A stretch of DNA of 62,268 nucleotides, the filler included, from Nemertoderma westbladi (lineage: Eukaryota > Animalia > Xenacoelomorpha), in assembly GCA_032718475.1 (NCBI GenBank). It is 5 parts of 5 records of this genome, joined end to end, with 100 filler letters (N's around TTAATTAATTAA, not from the genome) between each part and the next. Parts side by side here need not be neighbours in the genome. Positions count along the whole stretch, not along the records: positions 45,273 to 54,417 come from JAUCBJ010006454.1; positions 54,518 to 62,268 come from JAUCBJ010009030.1; 3 more parts are not named here. One strand, written 5' to 3'. The translations under genes and the position numbers were made by a program. A model generated the notes under the pieces. The model did not search any database. It had not been told where the DNA came from and saw only the letters and a program-made list of their open reading frames with translations. Positions 49,901 through 62,268 of the stretch are shown in pieces. Each line of letters begins with the position of its first letter. The first letter of the stretch is position 1.

Positions 49901-52900
49901 TGAATGTACAGTTAGTGGACCCGCATCTAACGATATATCATAATCCATATTTCGGATGATAGGTACCGGTGAAATCAGACTTTACCGAAAAAAAATTCAA
50001 ATTTTTGCTACTCATGTCTGACTATCTCGAAAACTATAACAGCTCTCTTTCTCACTCTTATTCTACTTACTACCACTACTAACTACTATTACTACTACTA
50101 CTACTGACTACTGCAGAGTTAGGTGTATATTATAAGAGGACGGGGTTCGTGATTATTAGTTATTATACAAGTGCCCCTCGGCTATAGAGAGTCCACCCTC
50201 GGTTGCTTACTGGATATATATGTTTATAATTTATTCTAATGCAGGTGCGGATACGACAGAGACTTTGGTCGAAATGGCTTCGTTACACGTCACTATAAGA
50301 ACCCCCGTAACATTCGCAATATCTTCCTTACCGAACACTAAGCACAGCCCTGGGGAAAGAAGGATGCTCACACAAAATATTGCACTATTATTTTCTCAAA
50401 AATAAAATGCCGGTGGCTGTATTGTGTTTATTGGTTTATATTCAGAAACTAAAACTGATTTCTGAACTTTGATGAATAGAAATACAACATATTGAAATTA
50501 AATGGTAAATAGTAAGTCACATGTGTGTTTATATATTTCACTATAATAATATAATTTATGTGCAACATTAAGCTCTGGTTTGATCTGTATAGCTTGAGAT
50601 GTAGTAGCTAGTATATTATACTTCAACGTACAAAATAAATGTCAACAAAATATTCACAGTAAACACCGAACAAACAACATTACCGATACAGTAAAGCACA
50701 ATAATGTAATTATGGGTCAATAGTCATCAAAACAAAATAATCCGATGCGGAAAAACATTAAGTCAATATCGAGTTATATATACACTATGGTGGGGGTAAA
50801 TCCAATATAGGAGTCTTGAATGATTATTTTAATCAGCTGACTTAACGTAGTCATGTTAAGCTCAATTTTATACATACGGCGGTATGTATGGGACATTCTT
50901 TGTATATATTCTCCGCGTGACAATTTGTATAATTTATGTTAGGCCAGTACCGGTAAACTGAGGTATTAGGTATCGACAAATTGTTTCACTTTCATCATTG
51001 TAGTCTTTCAGTCAGTTAGTTATTACTAATATCAGCCGCAGCTGGATTAGTAATAGAGTTCACGATAATAGGCTTCCAGACAGGCAGAAAAAGCCATTCA
51101 GCTGGCTGAAAGTATGTTGCCGAAAGAATCACTACATGTTATTAAATGTTTCAATTTTCAAACAACATTAATTTATTATCCATGGTGAAATATAGAAATT
51201 AAGCTCGCACAGTACCTTCGTGTGCGTGTAATTCATTAATAATAGGCACAGATCTGATCGGCATATAAAGTGTGAGAGAGGCATATAAAGTGTGAGAGAG
51301 GCATATAAAGTGTGAGATACTGTAGGCATATAAATACTCAAACACGCGAATGATGGAAATCTTTCAATTTTGAATCATGGAAATGGAGGTTCGAATGGAG
51401 GTCAAAGTATCGCAAACACCTTATGTGTTTTGGTTTAAAAATAATTTAATTTGATTAAAAACATTAAGGGAAAGGAACAGGTTATAGTAGCGGTGGTTTC
51501 TAACCAAAACAATAATCGGAACTTTATTTTATTTGCGGGTAATTTGCGAGAATATATGGCAGGTTCACATCAAAAATTCCCTGAAATAACATAAATTATG
51601 ATGATTAAATTACGATTAATGAAAATTAACATAGCTTGTTTATAAACCTGAGTAAAAATTATTTTGAAGGATCTCCAATAAATACTGTATAACTTAGAAC
51701 ACCATCAACCATTCCACATACATTAAGACATTATATTAAATACTCTTGGCACATAATTGAATAATTTTGGAAAATTTATTAATTCTTCTATTACATATTG
51801 CAATATATTCATAGTTTTAATTTGTGTTCCTCCACAAATTTGGTGGAGATTCGCTTTGGTGGATGAAACATATTTATGATTAAACAATGTGCTAGTTTAA
51901 TTTTATTTTCGGTTAATTCGTGTTTGAGAACCCGTGTTAGTGTTATTGGGAGAGTACTGAACTTGCGACCCTGTTCATTTTCCTCAAATGAGTCTTTTGT
52001 TAAACATTTTGCAATCGCCGGTGCTCAAACAGAAAATCAACAAATCGTCGGTAAAAAGGCAAAAGGGCATTTATGCATGCGGATTCCTACGCTTTGTCCT
52101 ACAGAAATAGTCCTTGCGAAATAGTAAAGTCTAATGTGATTTTGTGCAAAAAAATGATCGGCAATTTTTCGGGTGTAAAAGGGCATTTGTGTAAAATCGG
52201 ATTAAAATCATGTAAAGGAACTTTACTTAAAGATAATTTACTAAAGGCAAAAGGGCATTTGATGATGCCATTTCCACCAACTTATATCGATCATAACATG
52301 CCAAGTACTATGAGATAGAACTGATAAAGAGAAAAAATAAATTTCACCAAATATACTAAATTTGATTGAATCAATAAAGATTTGTTTTTAGTGTCTCCTG
52401 GACAATTTTTTTATCGAATGCCTTTTTCGTCTAATAACAGAAATAATAACAATATCTAATAACAGATACGCCTATAATTTCCAGCTAAAAATATTAAGAA
52501 TTATTATTATTAATGTTTATATGATAAAATAAATTTGGCAAAAACATTATAAAAATGTGCTATACTTATTGCTCATTTTTTTCAGAAAATATTGAAATAA
52601 AAAATATTAATCGTCGAATTCAACGAATATAAGTGACTAAAAACAAATTCGAGACATTCAAAATATTCAACTCAAATTTAAACATATTTGAACCGGGTCA
52701 TAAATAGCTAGAATAAACAGAACTATAATCACCTATTGGTTAGCAGCAAATTGGTTCAATAGTTATTGGTGATTAGATATTTTGCGAATTCTTGCACGAT
52801 TGTTTTGTGGAGTAACCAATCCATCCACATTTCATATTTTTATCAGCAGTCGTTTCGTTTTTGGAATAATCTAATTATTATAAAATACTCGAAGTTTTGT

Positions 52901-53403
52901 CACTGATCTGATCTACGTATCTTTTGCACTCGCTCTGTTCGTTCGTGTTTAACAAACAACTTAGATCAACATAAAGCGCAACTTTACACACAAATCAAAT
53001 AAGTAAATAGTTAAATAAATAATTATGAGTTTAAACAATAATTAATCTTAACTAGATAGTTCGATCTCAATGTCACAGATAGGCCAAAATGTCCGAAAAA
53101 ATTACCTTTACCGTAATCTAGTTAGGAATGTATTATTCAGGGCACCTGAACTGCCTAGACATCTACATCACCTTCCACATCAACTCGAAACTGTAAAATC
53201 TATCTATCATGTATATTGGAATGAGGTAATAAAAAATAATGGCATTGGCTTAGGGGCCGAGTTAGTAAAATAAACCACATGATTATGTAATAAAAACGAA
53301 TAAACAAAATAATCGAAAAGGGAGGGATACATCCGATTTATGTATCAGAATCAATATGTATATGTAATTGATATACTATTACTATATGTAGGGGTAGGCC
53401 CTG

Positions 53404-53704
53404 TAAACTAAACATAATTTGGAGGATTCAGGTTCACTTATGTAACTTTATGATGATGTTATCAAATCTAAATATTTTATTTATATCTAAAACAAAACCA
53501 AGGAATGATAGGACTAACAATTAAACACGATTCTATTCATTCAATTAATTCTACTTTCATTTAACAGTCAATTATTTCTGTTCAATTACATTCAAAGAGT
53601 ATCTGTCTCCATATACTAGTGCTGGTAGCCTTACTTCCCTGGCACGTATGCAGTGTGTGGCAAAGTAGGAAGTGAACCTGAACCGTCCAATGTATTTAGT
53701 TTTA
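53404..53704. mobile_element. MITE (~300 bp) downstream of YKT6
   Basis: Imperfect ~35-bp TIRs TAAACTAAACATAATTTGGAGGATTCAGGTTCACTT / AAGTGAACCTGAACCGTCCAATGTATTTAGTTTTA. Confidence 0.7.
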
Positions 53705-53825
53705 TAACAACTAAGTGTTATGTTTATTATAAATAAGATAGCAGTTCAATACACAACTACAGTTTAAAACAATCACTGCAGCACAGCACATTAAATACAT
53801 ATCGCCAACGATAAATAATCGCGAC

Positions 53826-54417
53826 CTACCAGTACCCACAACATCGGTTTGTCTTTTTCGCCGTTTTATAGAATGCCTTAGATTGCATGGATAGCATATC
53901 AGACCTACTAACCAAGTCATCCAGTTTCTCTCCCCTAGCTAGAACATTCTCGATGGTGTTATGCATTATTATTTTAGTCTCATCGAGATCTTTGTGTATC
54001 CTCATCATAGGATCGGCGTCTTCTGGTGTATTGTACAGGTGTAAGTTTTGAAGCAAAGTTTTCTCCATAGCAGCGTCGACTTCACCAGCTGCCATACCAG
54101 GCCTAACTTTGGCCTCATATTCATCCAATAACTTGTTTATCAAAGTGAAAGCAACTCGTCTGGGGTATGAGTCATCACTCAACAAGCAGATTCCTAAACT
54201 ATTGTTATTCACAAATATATGACACATGAACTCTTTTTCCCTGACGGATTGTTTGAGACTAGGGGTGGTTCTTTCGATTAATATTTTGCTCGTAAACAAC
54301 ATGAATTCTTTGAGACTCCCGCGTTGGAAGTATCCGAAACGCGAGACGTCACTGACCCCAACTAAGGGTGTAAAAGCTTCTGTGGGATATAACTGGCCCC
54401 TTTTGCTTCGCAATCCA
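53826..54417 (-). CDS. YKT6: R-SNARE Ykt6 (longin + SNARE + CCxxx lipidation motif), 5' end in gap
   Basis: DVSRFGYFQRGSLKEFM, YPRRVAFTL, ADPMMRIHKDLDETKIIMHNTIENVLARGEKLDDLV, SKAFYKTAKKTNRCCGYW. Confidence 0.96.
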
Positions 54418-54517
54418 NNNNNNNNNNNNNNNNNNNNNNNNNNNNNNNNNNNNNNNNNNNNTTAATTAATTAANNNNNNNNNNNNNNNNNNNNNNNNNNN
54501 NNNNNNNNNNNNNNNNN

Positions 54518-56016
54518 ACCTTACCTGTAAGGCCTCCACCTCTCTGTCTACCTTACCTGTAAGGCCCACCTCTCTGTCTACCTTACCTGTAAGGCCTTCA
54601 CATCTCTGTCTACCTTACCTGTAAGGCATCCACCCCTCTGTCTACCTTACACGTAAGGCCTCCACCCCTCTGTCTACCTTACCTGTAAGGCCTCCATCTC
54701 TCTGTCTACCTTATCTGTAAGGCCTCCACCTCTCTGTCTACCTTACCTGTAAGGCCTCCACCTCTCTGTCTACCTTACCTGTAAGGCCTCCATCTCTCTG
54801 TCTACCTTATCTGTAAGGCCTCCACCTCTCTGTCTACCTTACCTGTAAGGCCTCCACCTCTCTGTCTACCTTACCTGTAAGGCATCCACCCCTCTGTCTA
54901 CCTTACCTGTAAGGCATCCACCCCTCTGTCTACCTTACACGTAAGGCCTCCACCCCTCTGTCTACCTTACCTGTAAGGCCTCCATCTCTCTGTCTACCTT
55001 ATCTGTAAGGCCTCCACCTCTCTGTCTACCTTACCTGTAAGGCCTCCACCTCTCTGTCTACCTTACCTGTAAGGCATCCACCCCTCTGTCTACCTTACAC
55101 GTAAGGCCTCCACCTCTCTGTCTACCTTACCTGTAAGGCATCCACCCCTCTGTCTACCTTACACGTAAGGCCTCCACCCCTCTGTCTACCTTACCTGTAA
55201 GGCCTCCACCTCTTATGTCTACCTTACCTGTAAGGCCCCCACCTCTCTGTCTACCTTATCTGTAAGGCCTCCACCTCTCTGTCTACCTTACCTGTAAGGC
55301 CTCCACCTCTCTGTCTACCTTACACGTAAGGCCTCCACCCCTCTGTCTACCTTACCTGTAAGGCCTCCATCTCTCTGTCTACCTTATCTGTAAGGCCTCC
55401 ACCTCTCTGTCTACCTTATCTGTAAGGCCTCCACCTCTCTGTCTACCTTACCTGTAAGGCCTCCACCTCTCTGTCTACCTTACCTGTAAGGCCCCCACCT
55501 CTCTGTCTACCTTACCTGTAAGGCCTCCATCTCTCTGTCTATCTTATCTGTAAGGCCTCCACCTCTCTGTCTACCTTACCTGTAAGGCCTCCACCTCTCT
55601 GTCTACCTTACCTGTAAGGCCCCCACCTCTCTGTCTACCTTACCTGTAAGGCCCCCACCTCTCTATCTACCTTACCTGTAAGGCCTCCATCTCTCTGTCT
55701 ACCTTATCTGTAAGGCCTCCACCTCTCTGTCTACCTTACCTGTAAGGCCTCCACCTCTCTGTCTACCTTACCTGTAAGGCCCCCACCTCTCTGTCTACCT
55801 TACCTGTAAGGCCTCCACCTCTCTGTCTACCTTACCTGTAAGGCCCCCACCTCTCTGTCTACCTTATCTGTAAGGCCTCCACCTCTCTGTCTACCTTACC
55901 TGTAAGGCCCCCACCTCTCTGTCTACCTTACCTGTAAGGCCTTCACATCTCTGTCTACCCTACCTGTAAGGCATTCACATCTCTGTCTACCTTACCTGCA
56001 AGGCCTTCACCTCTCT
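54518..56016. repeat. 32-bp minisatellite, ~46 copies, derived from an exon/intron junction
   Basis: Unit ACCTTACCTGTAAGGCCTCCACCTCTCTGTCT; on the minus strand AGAGAGGTGGAGGCCTTACAG|GTAAGGTAGAC. Confidence 0.98.
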
Positions 56017-56162
56017 ATTTCCGTCTGAGGTTGTCGCCTCTAATTGGACTTGCTTTACCGCCAGTTCCCGCCCCGTATCCGCATCGTAACACAGAAACAC
56101 CTGTCCGAACGCCCCAGCTCCCAGCATCTTCCCTTTGCGCCAGTTGGTTGGCGCTTGCGGAG
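55996..56162 (-). CDS. MAP3K2/3: MEKK2/MEKK3 kinase-domain exon (subdomains I-III)
   Basis: TTGTTACAG| ... CAG|[60 protein letters not shown], close to vertebrate [36 protein letters not shown]. Missed by the ORF track. Confidence 0.92.
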
Positions 56163-56582
56163 CTGTAACAACAAGAAGATCACAATGTGAGCTTCATCAG
56201 TCTCCATTGAAATATGAATTTCTTATTAATAGGAATTTTTTTTACTTGGTACAATATTGTAGATAAGCGTCGTAATCTCGACATAATCTCTATCGTCTTT
56301 TGCAAAAACTTGCGGCTTACTCGATATAATCTAATTTATTATAATATCTGAAATTTTTTGTAAGGACTTAGGTATAATAGTCAGTTGTGATCTCAAATTT
56401 GTTAGATACTGCAAGGACCAGGTAGTTAAGTCTTTTAAATTTATTAATATGCTTTTCAGAAATATAAAGACTCGAAATGCCGAGGCGCTGTTGACAGCAT
56501 ACAGTGGTGAGCAATCGCTTAAGACACCTGCCATTACAACCTTTGGAAGCGCGACGTTGTATTTTAGAATTAAAGATTTTAG

Positions 56583-56822
56583 ATATTGAATATTCAATAA
56601 TTAACAGAAATTCAATCAATATTGTGCAAATATTGATTCAATATACAAATATATTGAATTAATATTCTCATATTGAATCAATATTCGCACATATTGAATC
56701 AATATGTTGACATGTTGGCAACATATTGAATCAATATGTTAACATGCTGGCAACATATTGAATCAATATCAATATTTGCACAATATTGATTGAATTTCTG
56801 TTAATTATTGAATATTCAATAT
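56583..56822. mobile_element. AT-rich foldback/MITE-like inverted repeat
   Basis: ~55-bp perfect inverted arms (56583-56637 / 56768-56822) around repeats of ATATTGAATCAATAT. Confidence 0.8.
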
Positions 56823-57766
56823 ATATTGAATTAAGGTGTAATAATATTGCACGATGATGTAATATTATTGATATTACTCGCCATACTGATATTGAAGAGT
56901 GAAATATTGGATTTTGAGCCTAATCAGATGCCATAGTTAATATAGATCGTTTATATACGTTTTTATTTCATAAATCTTTGAACCTCCCCTAAGTGCTTTG
57001 AGTCTGGGTGGATTTCCTTTCCCTCGATAATTACTTTACAAAATTTTTAGTCTTGTTGATAATGTATGTTGTGTATTTTAATGTTTTGTATAATTCCAAC
57101 AATGTTTTATGGAGTATTACATATTAAATTGAAAAAAAGGCGGGCAACACATGTAAATACGGCATATTAAAGGATAAATTAAAATACATAAGTGGGTTAA
57201 AATTAACACATTTCAGTATTATGACTCGTGTATTCGTGAGCGCAGCGAGGTGGGGAGTGTGGGGGGGGGGGGGGGGGGGGGGGGGGCTTCCATAAATTAA
57301 CAAAGGTCTGTAAAAAAAATTAGGTTGAGAAACTGCAGCTGCGATATGAGCGTCAGAACGGTTTTACCACTTGTGGCAATGCATAGTGGTTCTTCTGATC
57401 GGAAAATCCGTTTCCGATGTCAGTTTTCATGGTTGAAGTGATATAAACTGAATGTGTGTCTGTATGTATGTCGGTATGTCTGTATGTCGGTCTGTCTGTA
57501 TGTCGGTTTGTCTGTATGTCGGTTTGTCTGTATGTCGGTTTGTTTGTCCGTATGTCGGTCTATCTGCTTGTCCGATAGTCAAATAGTCATACAAACAGTC
57601 TTGAATCCATAAATCATAACATCGGAAATGAAATCCCACAAAAATCCTCATAACGAAAGTTTTAGTAAGCAACTATTCTTCCTTATTTTTTAGTCAGACC
57701 GACAGTGCCGACATCGACTCCACGAAAAGCCCAATAATTTCAATCCGCCCAACTTCGCAAGAGTTA

Positions 57767-59999
57767 CTACTACTACTAGGTCGAGTCGAGCGAACTCGGA
57801 CAGTGGAAATGAGATCCTTCCAGGCTTCCCGATTCTCCATAGTTGTCGCAATTTCGTTTCTCCCAAGTTCAGTATCCCTTTCAAGTTGATCTATATATGT
57901 TATGGCCGGTCGTCCACGACTACGCTTTCCATGAGTTGGTTGCCAGAAAAGTAGATCTGGTATGACCTCGTCTTTACTTCGCCAGCAGTGCCCACTGAAT
58001 CTTAATCTGCGTTCACGGAGGATGGTTGATACAGGTGGTATTGTACCATAAAGCTCGGCGTTTGTCATGTGTTGTCTCCAGCTGATGTTTAGGGCTGCCC
58101 TTAGTAGTCTTGTGTAGCAACCATCAATTCGTTGTTCAAGTGATTTAGTCAGTGTCCAGGTCTCACCCCCGTATAAAAATACACTTTCCACTGTGGCTCG
58201 AAAGAACTTGGTCTTCAGGTGCCTGGAGAGATCTGATTTCCAGATGGTATCCATTTTTGATAGAGCTACCCAAGCCTTTGCTTTCCTAACTTCTATGTCC
58301 TTTTTGCTACTCTCTATCCATGATCCAAGGTACTGGAAGTCATCGACCTGCCTTAGTTGATTATTATCAATGGTTGTCAAGTTTCCATCAACATTAAAGG
58401 TCATGAATTCGGTCTTGGTAGCATTTATATGCAATCCAACCTCCTTAGCAGCCCTCTCCACTTTATTTAGTAGAAGCTGTGCATCTGCTAGCGTATTAGA
58501 GAGCAGGGCGATGTCATCCGCAAAGTCGGTGTCTGTGACTGTAGTTGCCGGATATCTACTACTTCTGCGTTCTTGAAGTGTGAATCCCAGATCTTCACCC
58601 TTTGTGGCCGTCCTCATTGCGTAATCTAGCACAATTACAAATAGTAATGGTGCTAATGTGTCACCTTGCAGTACGCCAGCCAGGATTGAGAAAAACTCAG
58701 TTTCACCATCTGGTGAGAGTACCTGCGCTTCTGTGTCACAATATAACAATCCAATGCCAGCAACAATTACTTCTGGTATTCTATAAGCTCTTAGGATTTC
58801 AAGCATTTTGCCTCTATGGATGGAGTCGAATGCCTTCTTAAAGTCCACAAAAGTCATGACTGCGGGGAGATTCTTCGACTTAATTCCTTCAATCAGTCTC
58901 CGTAGTGCAAGTATCTGAGCTATTGTTGATCTACTTGGTCGAAATCCGTTTTGGCTATAACGCAGTAGTTTCTCTATGTGAGGCCTAATCCTATATAGAA
59001 TCATTTTATTGTATATTTTGGCAGCTACCACAAGCAGACAGATCCCACGATAGTTTGTTGGTATACCGAGGTCTCCTTTCTTGGGGAGAGGCTTTAGTTG
59101 ACCTTTAGTCCAAATTGGTGGTGGCTTTTCCCCTTTTAACATCCGGTTGCAAACATTCAATAATGGTCTGTTTAGCACTCCTGTTTTCCATACCTCCGCT
59201 GCGATTTCATCTAATCCACTCGCTTTATTATTGGACATGCTTTTAATGCTTCTTTGGAGTTCCCTGTTTCTATAGGTAGTGTCTTGTCATATATTTTCCT
59301 TGTAGGGCTGACCTCGATGTTTGGCGGCTGCCCAAGCAAGTTGCTGAAGTGACTTTTCCACTTCCCAACACGTTCTTCAGGACTATCGGCTTTGAGGCGC
59401 TCCTTTGCACAACTTTTCCGACCAGATACCTCATTTACAGTTTGCCAGGTAAGTCTTGATTGTTGCTGTATGTGAGCAGTTGTAATTGCTTCAATTTTAT
59501 CCTGTATGTACTTTTCCTGGCTGATGTTGTAGGCCAATTTAAGATCGTCCTTAGCTTTCTCAACCTTGTTAATGTTTTCTGTTGTTGGTTTTTCGGTTTT
59601 AACTTTGTAGGCTATCTTAAGATCTTCTCTCTTACAAGTAACCTCAGAGTTTTGCCATGGCACATACTGTTTTCGTTTAGGTTTCTGGGGGATATGCCTC
59701 TTAGCTGATTCCTTGTGGGCTGTTATTATATTCTGGTATATTGAATCGGTGGATTGGTCTTCATCCATTGACTGAAGTGCTTCAAAGCGGTTTTGAACTT
59801 CTACTGTGTAAGCCTCCTTTACTGCATTGTCAGTTCTGAGTTTCTCCCAGTCATAGTTGATTTGCTTGCTTGTCGTGGGTTTGCTGGCTCTCAAACTGAG
59901 TCTGATCTCTGCAGTCGCAATTCTGTGGTCCGAACCAATTAGGTTGAATGAGCTGTATGCCTCGCAGTTGATCATGCTGTTTCTCCACGTTTTGTTTAT
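57767..59999 (-). mobile_element. 5'-truncated RTE-clade LINE (family B) in a MAP3K2/3 intron
   Basis: End of EN (GSDHR), full RT (NYRGI, DFKKAFDS, GVLQGDTLAP, DFADD, YLGS), one frameshift near 59238, (TAG)n tail, 10-bp TSD GCAAGAGTTA (57757-57766 / 60000-60009). Confidence 0.95.
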
Positions 60000-60330
60000 G
60001 CAAGAGTTAAGAATCATTTAATAATTTGAAAGACAATATGATAGACAGACATATACCGTCAGACCGATAAAACATATAATTTTATCAAAACGTATATGTT
60101 CAATGCAAAGAAACATACCTGATGAACTTATTTTTTCACTTTATTCTCAATTTTCCGGGCAGAATTCTCCAAGAATTCTGGACGGAATCGTCTTGTTTCT
60201 ATATTTGCCCTGACACAATAATTGCTCAAGGCTATTTAATTAAACAATCTCATATCGATTTTCATTTCAAATATTAATTATTTATATCTACTGTATTAGA
60301 TTGTTCAATTATTAGTCTAGCGCAGCACAT

Positions 60331-61823
60331 CATGGAACTCATGTTGACATCAGGCTAAATCATGGAACTCATGGTGACATCAGGCTAAATCATGGACTCA
60401 TGGTGACATCAGGCTAAATCATGGAACTCATAGTGACATCAGGCTAAATCATGGAACTCATAGTGACATCAGGCTAAATCATGAAACTCATGGTGACATC
60501 AGGATAAATAATGGAACTCATGGTGACATCAGGCTAAATCATGGAACTGACATCAGGCTAAATCATGGAACTCATGGTAACATCAGGCTAAATCATGGAA
60601 CTCATGGTGACATCAGGCTAAATAATGGAACTCATGGTGACATCAGGCTAAATCATGGAACTCATGGTGACATCGGGCTAAATCATGGAACTCATAGTGA
60701 CATCAGGCTAAATAATGGAACTCATGGTGACATCAGGCTAAACCATGGAACTCATGGGTGACATCAGGCTAAATTCATGGAATTCATGGTGACATCAGGC
60801 TAAATCATGGAACTCATGGTGACATCAGGCTAAATCATGGAACTCATGGTGACATCAGGCTAAATCATGGAACTCAAGGTAACATCAGGCTAAATCATGG
60901 AACTCATGGTGACATCAGGCTAAATCATGGAACTCATGGTAACATCAGGCTAAATCATGGAACTCATGGTGACATCAGGCTAAATCCTGGAACTCATGGT
61001 AACATCAGGCTAAATCATGGAACTCATGGTAACATCAGGCTAAATCATGGAACTCATGGTGACATCAGGCTAAATAATGGAAACTCATGGTGACATCAGG
61101 CTAAATCATGGAACTCATGGTGACATCAGGATAAATAATGGAACTCATGGTGACATCAGGCTATATCATGGAACTCATGGTGACATCAGGCTAAATCATG
61201 GAACTCATGGTGACATCAGGTTAAATAATGGAACTCATGGTGACATCAGGCTAAATCATGGAACTCATGGTGACATCAGGATAAATAATGGAACTCATGG
61301 TGACATCAGGCTAAATCATGGAACTCATGGTGTCATCAGGCTAAATCACGGAACTCATGGTGACATCAGGCTAAATAATGGAACTCCTGGTGACATCAGG
61401 CTAAATCATGGAACTCATGGTGACATCAGGATAAATAATGGAACTCATGGTGACATCAGGCTAAATCATGGAACTCATGGTGACATCAGGCTAAATCATG
61501 GAACTCATGGTGACATCAGGCTAAATCATGGAACTCTAGGTGACATCAGGCTAAATCAAGGATCTCATGGTAACATCAGGCTAAATCATGCATGGAACTC
61601 ATGGTGACATCAGGCTAAATAATGGAACTCATGGTTACATCAGGCTAAATCATGGAACTCATGGTGACATCAGGCTAAATCATGGAACCATGGTGACATC
61701 AGGATAAATAATGGAACTCATGGTGACATCAGGCTAAATCATGGAACTCATGGCGACATCAGGATAAATAATGGAACTCATGGTGACATCAGGCTAAATC
61801 ATGGAACTCATGGTGACATCAGG
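60331..61823. repeat. 30-bp minisatellite, ~50 copies
   Basis: Unit CATGGAACTCATGGTGACATCAGGCTAAAT with scattered indels. Confidence 0.98.
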
Positions 61824-62268
61824 TGACGTCATGGAACTTCCGAAAGCTCAAATAACAGCGATTCCTCAACCAAATTCCTATGTTTTTTTTTTTACAAATG
61901 AGATATATAGAATTTTTCAAACTCTTGTATAATAAAAGGTTGAAAGCTAGCTGGAAAACAGTGGAGATCAAACTATAAATTTCCCACAATCTCAAAGAAA
62001 CTAAGATAAAGATTAGACGTAAACTATACGCAGTAAGAATTATAATTAAGGCACAATATTGGAGGAGGTGGTGTACTAGTAGTACGTATCGTATAGTAAC
62101 TGTACAGTAGGTTATTGTGATTTAAATGCTGTAAAAGCCAATTAAAATTTTTCAAAGTTTTTAAAATTCAAAATTAAATTTCATTTTGCGACTCACAATT
62201 CAATGGATTGATCTCCTTTAGACCCGCCATGGTGGACTCGAAGTTTAGAGATGTTTCCTCGGGGGTTC

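Noticed and set aside
54518-56016. Intron gain by tandem duplication of an exonic AGGT
   Set aside because: The sequence after the junction (GTA AGG TAG) is non-coding, so the unit spans an existing donor rather than duplicated exon.
60119-60209. Possible upstream MAP3K2/3 exon (minus strand, TCAG..CAG|GTATGT)
   Set aside because: All three frames contain a stop as assembled and I see no MEKK similarity; a homopolymer error cannot be excluded.
61077-61607. His-rich repeat protein (HGTHGDIRLN)n
   Set aside because: Results from a stop-free 30-bp unit. Frequent indels elsewhere in the array break the frame, and there is no unique coding flank.

Overview
AT-rich animal (probably marine invertebrate) genomic DNA. 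It is five contigs (1-26151, 26252-35312, 35413-45172, 45273-54417, 54518-62268) joined by identical artificial 100-nt N/TTAATTAATTAA linkers, so adjacency across linkers is not informative. Host genes: four in-phase exons of an Na+/Ca2+ exchanger (SLC8/NCX, + strand), an intronless GT32 alpha-1,4-glycosyltransferase, YKT6 (5' end in a gap) and one kinase-domain exon of MAP3K2/3. The rest is mostly mobile DNA: an apparently intact two-ORF PIF/Harbinger nested inside a larger TIR element in an NCX intron, a degenerate BEL/Pao retrotransposon, RTE, RTEX-like and CR1/L2 LINE copies, MITEs and many minisatellites. Most interesting: (i) an LTR-like region holding a tRNA-like sequence whose 3' end resembles the complement of a downstream PBS-like motif (possible self-encoded primer), next to an orphan zinc-knuckle ORF; (ii) a ~46-copy 32-bp array made from the MAP3K2/3 exon/5'-splice-site junction, plus two other intronic arrays carrying splice signals; (iii) a minimal type-I hammerhead-like motif inside a 50-bp inverted repeat. 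All calls were made by eye, without database searches.
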